Below, in pieces: positions 10,029 to 23,244 of a stretch of 64,000 bases of DNA. The notes below the pieces were generated by a model. It was not told where the DNA came from. It made no database searches and saw nothing but the letters and a program-made list of their open reading frames with translations. The position numbers and the translations under genes are program-made. Positions within the stretch are counted from its first letter, which is position 1; each line of letters opens with the position of its first letter. The DNA is taken from assembly GCA_907165135.1 (NCBI GenBank), contig OU015568.1, positions 7,874,001 to 7,938,000 on the forward strand. Direction: 5' to 3'. The DNA is from Oikopleura dioica. Lineage: Eukaryota; Animalia; Chordata.

Positions 10029-13000
10029 ATGAACCCCAAAGAGAGTGATGAATCCCCTTCGTCGGATGATCATTCGGGAGTGCTTGTCATTGACGAGGGA
10101 GAATCTTCAGAGCAAGGTAAAATTAAATCCAGCTGACATATTTTCATCCAATTCCGCGTAGATATCTCCCCAATGAAAACACGGTCTGGAAGAATCAACC
10201 AGCGAGAGAAAGCAGCGACTGTCAAAACGTCTCAAAAAGATGGTAAGTCTAAATGTTTGCTCAACTTTTTAACAACTATAACTAGCACCACCATCGAATA
10301 AAGAGCCTGCTCGAACGAGATCTTCAAAAATTCATATTGATCTAACGCCAGAAAAATCACAGGCGACCACGCAAGAGAGTTTGGAAGATTCTCAAAGACT
10401 ATCTCAACTGAGCCGTTACGAGATGATGGAACGAGCTGCTGAGTTTTCGCAGCCTTCACCCTACTTCAAATCGCCGAAGAAGACTTCTAACAAATCATCC
10501 AACTCGAAGCTGGCCTCAGATCTTGATCCCGACCAACCAAGTAAGCGACCAAACAAATATTGAAAATAATCTCGAATTATAGCGCCGATTCCCCAACGAA
10601 AGACAAGATTTGCGAAGGAATCAACTGAGATCTCCCCTGAAATACCGTTACCGGAGCTTCCCCAATCTCAAGAGAGCACGGCTGGCTGGGAAACTCAGGA
10701 AACTCAATTTTCCCAATTGAGCCGATATGAGATGATGGAGCGAGCTGCTGAGTTTTCTCAAAGCACAACTGACGCTACTCCAGATAAAAATCGCACAGAG
10801 CACTCGCCTAAAACACCAAGAGCGGGAAAGAAGCAAAACAAAGCTGTAGAATCATCTCGTAAGTTATTGATTCTTTTACTAGATCCTTACCTTCTGTTTA
10901 GCAAAAGCCACGCACTCTCCGAGAAAAACTCAATCGGGAAAAGCGATAAGCGACGATCCCCTCGAAAGGATTGAAAAATTGGCCCAGGCTGCTCTTGCGT
11001 CTTCACAATCTTCGGAGGATACTCATGCATCCGAAGAAGGGATCGCTGGAATTTCCTTATCAGTCAGTGGTGAACTACTCATTAATGAGGTGCCTTCGGA
11101 TCCACAGATCTCCGTCTCCGTCAGCGGTGAACTTTTCAATAATGAGCCACAGCCAATGGATACTACGCAGATTCCCCAGCAAGAAGAAGAGGAAGCGAAC
11201 TCCTCTCAAGGCTCCTCCGTCTACGAAACGCCTGAAAAGAGTCTACCGAAAACGCCCAGTAAGACTGATCAATCAGCACCCGCTACACCTCCACAGCCCT
11301 CGAGAAAGCTTCGTCGAAGCCTCTTCAATGAAAATCAGGAAGAAGAACCGATGGAGTCCCCAGACATAATCATGTCATCCTCGGGAGATACGAAAGGAAG
11401 ATCAAAAAGGTCGAAACAAAAGATAATTGGTCACAGGTTTCTGGAGAGACGCTACGAGAGACTGAAGGGAGAAAAAGGAGAACTCACGATGTGCTGAACT
11501 TATGCGCCGAAGAGTCTCAAGAAGAAAAGTCGCAAGAAGAGATAAACCAGACTCAGCGAGTGGGCGATCTTTTAAACCACACAGCGCTTGCTCTCGACTC
11601 TCAACAGTCAACACAAGCAAGTCAAGCTCGACAAGAGTCAACATCAGCAACTCAAATTCAACCTCAACAAGAGTCACAAGGGACTAATGAAAAATATTTT
11701 ACGCCTCCCACTTCTCCAACCTTGGAGCAAACGTCAGCGTCTCAGAAGACTTTCGATGAGGATTTAGATGATGATTACTTTGCGAAACTCAAATCGCCGA
11801 CGAGCAAAGCTGAAACACAGAAAATTAACAAACAAGCAGATCAGGCAAAAAAGCAAAAAAGAGTTAATAGAAAAATGCCGAGATCGAGAGCAAAACCAAC
11901 GCGTGATGAGGTCAATGAATCATTGGCCAGAGCCTGTCGAAAAGCACAAGTTGGCGGTATTAGTAGACGTCTGGAATTCGCGAGGGCTTTTATTTCAAGA
12001 AGATACCGAGCACGAGATTCGAGCGATCAACAGCCCTTGAATCGAGAACTCGAAAAAGCGATTTCGTGGGAGCCAAAAGTACCGAATGTGAATTTTTCGA
12101 AGCCCGTTCCAGGATCATCAACCCGTTTCAAAAAGCCTTTTCCAGTAGCGGAAAAGCCTGCAAAAGAAAAACCGGGACCTTCGAAATCTAAAGCTTCCAA
12201 ATCGAAAAGTCAGCAACGCTCGCAGCCACGAGAAGAGCAGGAGTCAGCTCATAATTGGTCGCAGCAAGCTTTGTTCGATGAATCTGCGGAGGATCGACAA
12301 GCGCTATCGCCGGAACATGGTCAGTCCCCATCTGCGCCAATTGACAGAGAGGCCGTTCGCGAATTTATGTTTCCCACCTCAAACAAGAGAAAGCTTCAGA
12401 CTCCAGAAAAGGACGCGCAGGGCAAAGCAAGCGCTAAACATCAAGCAGCGAAAAGGAGAAAGCACGTGAAGGAAAATAAAACGCCTAAGAAAAGCGCTTC
12501 AAAGCCGACGATTCTTAAGCCAGCTGTGGATATCACCATTGCTCGTCGTCCAGGAAGAGATGCCCTGAGCGAGATTTCTGACTTGTCTTCTGCATTTGAT
12601 AATGACACTCCAATAAGAGGCGTCGGAAAGATGAATCAAAGTCAAAAGAAAGCTAGCAAAGAAAAGAGTGCGAAACCGTCGGGAAAGAGGCATGACGAAG
12701 CGGAGAATCAACCAACGTGCAGCAAGAATTTAACACCTCCAGCGATGCCACCAGATGTTGATCTTTCTAGCTTCTTGAACTCGAGCGAGGATGAGGAAGT
12801 TCGTCGACCGCAAAGTCGTCCTCGGAGACGAAATGGATCGCCAACAGCTAGCATGCCGAAGCTCACCAAATTACGATCACCAGAGAAGTCACCATCGCCA
12901 TCTAAATCAAAAAAGAAGTCGATTCAGATGAAGAAAAAACATCCAAAAATAATCCCTTCTGCAGCTCGAAAGCCTCCGAGAAGCATCACTTCGTCCGTGG

Positions 13001-14266
13001 AGACAAGGGATCCGCGAGAAGTATATGATGAGAAAACAATCGTCATCAAAGATGTAAAGAACAGTAAGGGTAGAATTGGATTCAGGCTCAGCGAAAATAG
13101 CTTAGCAGGAATCCACATCAGCGAAGTTGTCCCGGGGTCGTTAGCAGATAAAGCTGGTCTTCGTGCTGGAGATACTCTCATTTGCTTCAACGGTGTGAGA
13201 TGCTCCGTCAAGAGCAAAATCAAGCTGTCTATACTGCTACCAGTCATTATCGAATCTGCTTCGAAAGACTTCGAATTCACAGTTCTTCGCGATGTACCCG
13301 ACCAGTATTCGGAGGAAGAAGACGTTGACACATCGGAAGTTTCAGATATTTCAGATGCAGAGTCTGATGTCCAAGTACAAAACATTGATTCAGGAAATGA
13401 TTTAAAACTGTAAATTCACAAATATGGTATCTTTGATGAGACCATCACAGTAATAATCTGTTAATTCTTTTATATCATTACCAAAGATGGCAACGTGAGC
13501 AGAGTAGAGACTCCTGTTGATACGAATCCAGAGTATGGAACATTCGACAACACTGCTAACGTGACCAATCTTACTTCCGAGAGAAACGCTGCTGAAACTA
13601 CTAATCCTGAGTACGAGACATTTGACCGATCTTTTAATATCACGGCTGGTACCTCCGAACAGCCTGGGACTGCGTTATCTGGCTCTTCTTCAGATGTTTC
13701 CTACACAAGATTGGCACGCAAGTACGATGAAGGCTCTTCAATTGCTGATTCTGTTAAAACGAAAAAACGAAAAGTCGGAATGAGCCACTACTTGAATCCG
13801 AGGCCAGAATCTATTGCTTCGAATCAACGAGAAAAGGTAACGATTTGAAATCATGAAAGATTACTCTAATTTCATTTTAGTCTGACGAGTCAGCCAGTGA
13901 AGTGTCAGTCCAAACATCTTCGCGGGCAGCGACAAGCCGACCAGCTTCGCGGGCAGAGTCAGTCCGACCAGCTTCGAGGGCAGCGTCAAGCCGAATTAGC
14001 CGGGCTCCAAGCACATCAACCCTTGGCCCGCAGAAAAGAAAGAAGTGGACGGACGTGAGCACTTTATAAATGATTTAACTCTTTCATTGTTATGAATTTA
14101 GGATGAGGACGCCTTATTGATTGTTGGCCTCAATCAATACGGAAAAGACTGGATAAAGATCTGGAACAAGTTTTTCCGTGAAACGAAGAGGACGAATATC
14201 AACCTCAAAGACAGACACCGTCAGCTTCTCAAACAAGGCGACCCACGGGTGAAGGAAAAATACTAA
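10029..14266 (+). CDS. Large disordered protein with PDZ domain and C-terminal TRF/telobox-like Myb domain, copy 1 (1-bp frameshift at A-run 11404-11408)
   Basis: PDZ: IKDVKNSKGRIGFRLSENSLAGIHISEVVPGSLADKAGLRAGDTLICFNG. Last exons: KRKKWTDDEDALLIVGLNQYGKDWIKIWNKFFRETKRTNINLKDRHRQL. Five A's here versus six in copy 2. Confidence 0.8.
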
Positions 14267-14513
14267 ACCCCTTTCCTTCTTCCTCACTGTATATAGTTCA
14301 CATTTTCACCCACATCACCTCACTTTCATAGTCTTAATTCACTGCCTTTATCGCCTAACTATGATTTTAAATTAACGTTTTTTCCATTTTAGATTGCATC
14401 AGACTGAGAGCTCACTCGAACCGCCAAAAATTTCATCAAGGATGAAAGAAGATCTTTTGAAAAATTAAAATACTGCCAATTTGTAAACTTCAATAAAACT
14501 GACATGTTAAAAA

Positions 14514-14926
14514 TTATTCAGCATGGTTAATACCGGTATGATTATACCGATTCTGTGTATGAGCCTTCAGAGGATTCGTTTGTCTTCCTTGATGGCATTG
14601 AAAAGGAGCTTGAGGATAAATGTTTAGGCAAGGAAGTCAGATATTGTAGCATATTTTGTAGCGCTTGTAGATTTTTTCCGAAGAAAAGCCTGGTCTAGCA
14701 GTTGAAATCGGTTCCGGATCGGGGGTCATTTCATGTGCCTTTGCGAGTTGGACAAAAAGCTACGTTCTTTCTTTGGACATCAACGAGTTATGTTCCGAAT
14801 GCACGAGTAAAAATGGAAAGAAGAACGATTCACTTGTAGGCAGCGCCGTAGACAACGCGGGTAGTTGCCTTCATATAGGAATATTCGATTTTGTCTTGCT
14901 AAACCCTCCGTATGTCGTGACAACCA
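14514..14926 (+). pseudogene. N6AMT1: Truncated N6AMT1/HEMK2 copy
   Basis: Retains YEPSEDS and FDFVLLNPPYVVTT. Lacks the ATGcgtccaacg start of the intact copy, has a short insertion near the 5' end, and breaks at 14926 into the SET repeat. Confidence 0.88.
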
Positions 14927-14933
14927 TCCTAAA

Positions 14934-15767
14934 AAAGAGGACAGAAGCCGGCTTCCAAGATTTGAATACATCGGGAACAACCAGTCGGGAGTAACTGAAT
15001 TATACGACACGCTTTTGAACACGCGCCCTGGATCTTTTTGTACAGATGATGCTGACTGTTCAGAAAAATGCGACTGCAGAAGTTCTTTCGTTTTAAATGA
15101 AGATGGGGTCGTTGTTTTGCGCCCTGGAATTCCTGGTGTTACAGGGTAGGGCTGTCTATAATCATTTTTATCAACTGGAGTTGGATAAAAGAACAAGGGT
15201 TAGCCTTTTCTGAGTGCAATATCAACTGTCCATGTCAACCGGACTGTCAAAACCGCCTCGTTCAAAAAGGCTGCGATCGCCCCCTCCGCGTCAAATATTT
15301 TGGCAGTGATAAAGGCCACGGACTCGTGGCAGAAAATGAAATCCACCCGGGCGAGTTCATTGTCGAATACATGGGCGAGTATCTCAACCTGGAGACGGTC
15401 AAGGAGAGACAAGTTTATCAAAGATGAATTATATTTTATCGCTGAAAGAGGTCTTTGGAAACGAAGAAGAAGAGACTGTTCACATTGGTATTGATTTTTC
15501 AACAATAGCAAAAATAAATCTTTTCCAGACGCTGGTCGACTGGGAAACGCAGCTCGTTTCGCCAATCACTCATGCTCTCCTAATGCCAAACTCTACCCCG
15601 TTCGCGTTGAAAACGACATTGCCCGAATCGCCCTCTTCGCTCTCCGCTTCATCGAGCCCGGAGAAGAGATCACCTACGACTACGGAAGTGCAGAATCGAC
15701 CCTCAGTGATAGAAAATGTCACTGTGGCTCCCGTAACTGCAGATTATTCATGCCTTCTGATGATTGA
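14934..15767 (+). pseudogene. SETMAR: 5'-truncated, frameshifted SETMAR-like copy 2
   Basis: No start exon. A 13-bp deletion (agaaaatgaaaag) at 15423/15424 relative to copy 1 shifts the frame inside the SET domain. Confidence 0.85.
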
Positions 15768-16567
15768 AAAACGCTGTTATTTTTTATTTCACACAAAGAT
15801 AGTATTATATTTTCTTGAATTTTATAGGACCGTTGTTTCTTTAGAATTATGATCTGAAGTCGCGGAGGGTATTTGCGGCGCTTCGGTAAAATTGACCAGA
15901 TGGAGTGTACCGCCGGAAGAGCTTGAATTGGGATCCTCGACCTCCTCTCAGTCTTTTTGAGCTATATTTTTGATAAAATGAATTCATTAATCAATTCTGT
16001 TTCACTAAGGTCGCTAGGATTAGACATTATGAGCTTTCCTGGATTGATTTCTCTGTTTTGGCACTTCATTTGTATATGTTGCTGCCTTGGCTCTCTGCTT
16101 ATCACTTATTGAGTTAAACTTTATATTAATACTTACATAAACATTATAAAATGAAACCAATTCACCTATTTCTTTTGAATCAAAGTGATAACAATTATGA
16201 AATAAATGAAAAAAATCTAACTCTGCCTTGTAATTGAGTCGTAAATGCCAGACATTGTTCTGAAAAACTGCGCTGAAACGCAAGTCGTCGAAAAAATTAT
16301 AGTGATAATTGAGAATCTCATTCTTCTGTGATTTTGTGATTTGTGAACTTCAGTCCTCAATTTTATAGCAGCGATTGTTTTCCTTTTTTGTTGGTAGAGA
16401 ATGTTGACAAACATGACTTGTTCGGCATCTTTTTTAAATTTATAATTGCAGTTATTTTTCTGGCGAAAAGACCGTGCTATTAACACGATGTTAATTCTAT
16501 TTTTCATTGTTTATTATTGAGCGTTCTGGAGCCCCGCTCGTCATTTACAAGTTTACACTATCATAGA

Positions 16568-17112
16568 ATGAACGAAGAAGAAATGAAGGCCCACGTTCTA
16601 GCGGATCTGGAGCAAACAGGTCGGCTGGAACAGCTCCGCGCAAAAGTACGATACGAAGTCTACCATAGCATGGCGAAAGAAAAAGCGGTGTCGAAAAAAG
16701 AACTCAGCAACCGCGAAGTGCTAACAGTTTCCATTATTTCAGACTGGCTTAATAACCATGGGTGAGTTTGAATCTCATTTCCGCGGCTAACCAGAATTTT
16801 AGCTTTTCAGTCACTGCTGCGCAGTTGAATTCTGAAACGCAAATGGGCGGAAATCCGTTGCCGAAGACAGTTGTAAAGGTTTTTTATTATCGAAAAGAAT
16901 GCCGATTTGAACTGACGGATGTTTAGTCAGAACTACGAATCGACCCTTCAGACGAGCGAGCAATCTTAGACTCGTTAATCGACAACCACCTCGGATCACT
17001 TCCCCCTCAGCACAGCGAAAACGCAAGACCAAGCGATTTCAATCCAGAGCCACCTCAAAATCCGAAAAACTCAAAATCGACAGATTCTCAAATGATTTTC
17101 TTCAAGAAATAG
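16568..17112 (+). CDS. CEP20: FOP-family LisH centrosomal protein (CEP20/FOPNL-like)
   Basis: MKAHVLADLEQTGRLEQLRAKVRYEVYHSM...IISDWLNNHGFSVTAAQLNSE resembles the FOP dimerisation/LisH region (LKARIRAEVF...LIREYLEFN.Y..TASVL). Short length fits CEP20. Confidence 0.7.
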
Positions 17113-17205
17113 TCTGTCACATTCCGCCAACATATCTTCTTATTTTTCTATTTTTTTCAATCAATTTCTTTTTCAGTAGTTCTTACTTTCATCCCATCTT
17201 TAGAA

Positions 17206-19555
17206 ATGTTACGATTGAGTCGTAATCTCTCGCTTTCTTTTCGTTTCGCCAGAGTATCAACAGATACAGACGGAAATCTTGATGAACTGAACGAGCAATA
17301 CAAGAAGTTCACTGGCGCCCAGTCCTTTTCGAGCAAGATAAGCCCCTCAAAGGTAACTTTTTTCAAAATTGAACAGCTTGATGAAATTCAGAAAGCGAAA
17401 GAATACCGCCAACAAAAGAAGGAATTCGAGAAGTTTTACTTTAAAAAGACTTCCAAGGATTTCCTAATGCATCAAGCAGCTCATAAGTTCCACGATTTTA
17501 CATACGAGCATTCCGCTTCGTGGCTGATCAAAAATTACGGGCTGCCAGGGGATGTAATTGAAATGGGAGTTATAAGAACACCACGGGGGTTGGAGAAGAC
17601 GCGCACGGGCTGGTCCGATCCAATGATGCCAATCCGCGCCAATGCGAAAGTAAACACACAAAAACTACAAATTAGGGTCCTCGCCGCCGCGCTCAACGTG
17701 GAAGACCTGCATGTTGCACGGGGATGGTGTGCCTTTCACAATCACTTCAGAGCAGACCCGATCGCCTTCGCTTCAAAAATCATTCGGAGATGGAGTCAAG
17801 GAAGACCAGACGACGCGATTGTCACGACAAATGCGAACATGTCCGCCAATGCGACGGAATTTCCGATTGTGCTGGGAAGAGAGTTTTGTGGGGAAGTACT
17901 CGACTGTGCTAGTGACATGATGTACGAGTTTCCTCCTGGTTCGAAAGTTGTTGGATATTTAAAGCCTTGGCAAAGTGGGGCCTTATCGGAATGCATCGTT
18001 GCGAAAGCTTATCACTGCGGGAAAGGGGTTCATATTTGCCATGCTCAGAAAATAACGCTGCTTAATAAGACCTGCAATGAAAAGAAAGACACAAAACAAA
18101 GATTTCTGGAAAGATACTAAAAATCTCTGTGTAAAAGAAGTAGTTTGAAAGTTGCGACTGTATTTTCAGATCTTGTGTCCCGCATCCCTTTTCTGGGATC
18201 CCTCCTCGCTTCCAAGCTCGTACAAAGCCCTCCAGGAGGCCAGTCTAAAATTATTGATTAAGTTTATAATCATAAAAAACGTAACTTACGGAATTTTGAT
18301 CAGTGCCGGACTTCGAAAATCCGAAGACTGACGAATGTTGCTCGAAAGGCCTCATCCCAACAACAAATCTAGAGAAAAATTGCGCATGTTCTCAAAATTC
18401 TCAAAGTCGACAACAAGTCTTTTTTCATCGTTTCTATAACACAGATGAAGCGATATGAATCCCCAAAAGTCCTCTTCCTTCAAATCTTTCTCCAATTGAA
18501 GGAGCTGGAGTTGCATTTGGTGCAAATTACATCATGAACGCACTAATTGGGCTGCAAGATGATCGCAATCCATACTTGAATTTGCGAAGAATCTCACAAG
18601 AACGCTCTTTTGCGAAAGCGGCTGACTATGCCGGGAAGAATGTGCTTGTTCTTGGCATCGGAGGTTTAGGTAGTCAATTAACAAGTTATTTTTTAGAAGT
18701 TGGGCTATCTATATATTTTAGGATCAATGTGTGCCCAAATTCTCCGATGCCTGGGGGCGAATGTGACGATAATTTGCTCTGAAGAAGCCTCTTTATTGGC
18801 CGAAGAGCTCGGCTTTGAAAGCGTGTTCAATTATGAAAAATATGAAGAAAAGGATGAAATGCTCGACGACATCATGGAATCGCTCGACTTTGAAAAGTTC
18901 TTCGCCGCAGTGGATTGTTCTCGCGGTGGCTCGGTCGAGAATAATTTTGAAATCATCGGTCCAATGATGAGCAGAAACGACTCAATCGTCATCTCCCTCA
19001 ATTCACCAGAAACTGCCGTCAAAGATTCTTTGAACCTAATTCAATGTAAGTCTTTTTGTGAAAGCTCTCAACTGAAGCAATTATTCAGCATTCGGCTGGC
19101 GTTCTACAATGCGCTCGATCGAGAAGGAAATGGAAAAGCATCTGGTTCATTACGCGGGGAAATCTGACTCGGGCAAGCGCGGTCTGCGGTTCCGCTTCTC
19201 CACCGTGATGGTTGACCATCGAAACTTACTTCAAGTTCTCGACTGGTTGGAAGAAGGCAAAATTAGACCCTGTGTGGATTCTGTTTATGATTTTGAAAAT
19301 ATTCCTGGTAAGCGATGTAATGATTTTTATCGATATGTTTCAAGACTGTTCTTTTATTTATTGGCCCTAGAAACTAGTAGAAATAATACGAGAAATATTT
19401 AGAGAGCTCTCTCGCTCCACTAAGAACATATTTTAGACGCGATCGAAAGAATAACTGAGGGGCGATTACGTGGCAAAATAATCGTCAATTTAGCTGGCGA
19501 AGAATCATTTGAAAACACTTGCGGTTCTGGCCTTTATTTCAAAACAGAGTACTAG
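17206..19555 (+). CDS. RTN4IP1: Reticulon-4-interacting protein 1-like mitochondrial NADPH:quinone oxidoreductase (MDR family)
   Basis: Mitochondrial-type N-terminus; IRVLAAALNVED; FPIVLGREFCGEV; KNVLVLGIGGLG; EEGKIRPCVDSVYDFENIP; RGKIIV. Confidence 0.85.
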
Positions 19556-19642
19556 CCCTTTTTCTGCGAGTTCAATTTGTATTTATAAAAAACAGATAGC
19601 TTCCCGTTCATTTCGATCGTTCGCTATTTTCGTGCTCTTAGA

Positions 19643-20956
19643 ATGGCGGAAGTGAACAAGCAGACGACAGGTGGCACTGGTTTTGGTGATGACAACAGAA
19701 AGCGCAAGGCAGACGTAAATTGCACCCAAAATATTTTCATCCAATATAGAGCGCTTTTAGGATTCGGCTCAAATGCAAACTGACAGTGCTGAGCGACCCT
19801 ACCTACCACCGATCGCTGCTGCAGCGGATCAAAAAGTTGGTGGAAAGAGGCGGTCTCTCGATGTCAGAAAAGGTAACCTGCATGTTGTGCTCCTGCAATA
19901 AAAAGACTCAAGACTCAGGGCAAAGATTTCCGGAAAAGAACAAGAAATCTTCGAATAAAAGAAGTTTTTTGATAGTTGAAAGTTGCGACTGTATTTTCAG
20001 ATCTTGTGTCCCGCATCCCTTTTTCGGGATTTTTTGAACTGGTTAAGCATTTTCATGCTACTTGATTTTTCGCAAGTGCTTCCCTAGGATGCAATTGATT
20101 CTGTGAGACCACGGAGTGGTCTTGGCATGTCCTGCGAGCAGAATCTAAATACAAAAATAAATTAATATTTTGCGAAGAAACAACGGGAATTACCTTGATT
20201 TTAACCGGACCGGACTTTGAAAATCCGAAGACTGACGACTTTTGCCCTAAAAGGCCTGAGCGCAACAACAACTCTAGAGAAAAATCGCTAAATTGCAAAC
20301 TCGACAGCAAACATCGCGTAATGTCATTATTCTAGTGCCCATCCCTCCCAACAGACTGACGCCGTTGAAAGAAGCCTGGCAGAAGCTCTTTGAGCCGATT
20401 GTAAAGCAGCTCAAGCTGGAGATCAGGTTCAACGCGAAAAAGAAGCAAGTGGAACTTCGCGCTGGCAAAGCCACAACGGATATCGGCGCGCTCCAAAAGG
20501 GTGTCGACTTCGTGACCGCGTTCACGTACGGTTTTGACATTGACGATGCCTTGGCGCTTGTCCGACTCGACGAGCTCTTCCTCGAAACCTTCCAAGTTGA
20601 AGATGTCAAACAGACGCTGAAGGGCGACCATCTCGGTCGAGCAATCGGCCGAATTAGCGGAACTGGCGGCCGAACAAAAGTAAAAGAGTTCATAAAAATA
20701 CACGTTTTTCTATAATTTGTTATTTCTCAGTACACAGTTGAAAATGTTACCAAAACGCGAATTGTGGTCGCCGATAAGAAAATTCATATCTTGGGCAGCT
20801 TCCAAAACATTCAGGTACTGCCAAAGCGAGTGTTCTTTGATTGAATGTTTGAAGGTGGCGAGAAGAACTATTTGCGCGTTGATTCTTGGCTCTCCTCCGG
20901 CAAAGGTCTATGGAAATATGCGAAACGCAGCGGCGAGAATGGGCGAACGGTTTTAA
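19643..20956 (+). CDS. PNO1: Partner of NOB1 (KH-domain pre-40S factor)
   Basis: Spliced [27 protein letters not shown]...[21 protein letters not shown]...[22 protein letters not shown]. Confidence 0.97.
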
Positions 20957-21074
20957 AAGATCTGACTGTACTTTGAACGAAATCGAATGGAAGAAATGTA
21001 TCAGCTCAAATAATATGTCGATTGGACCATTGGGTTACCTCTTGAGCCAAGAAATAAGTTGTTGAACGTTTAGA

Positions 21075-23160
<2,086 letters not shown>

Positions 23161-23244
23161 ACCTGTTCTCAAGCCTCTTGATTAGGCAATTACTGAACGT
23201 GATTACTTTCAACTTAGATATTTGTTGAAACATTCTCCCCTAGA

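Larger units (their letters stand above)
9197..14926. repeat. Inverted segmental duplication; partner at ~52478-57645
   Basis: Reverse-complement colinearity across the flank, the whole PDZ/Myb gene, the intergenic DNA and the 5' part of N6AMT1. Roughly 90-95% identity by eye, with indels. Confidence 0.95.

Noticed and set aside
14773-15149. N6AMT1-SET chimeric methyltransferase at the junction
   Set aside because: The frames do not match: the N6AMT1 frame stops at 14994, its start is lost, and SET copy 2 has a 13-bp deletion.
18021-18120. C-terminal tail of the 304-aa ORF 17206-18120
   Set aside because: Read-through into an intron; RTN4IP1 homology resumes at 18470.
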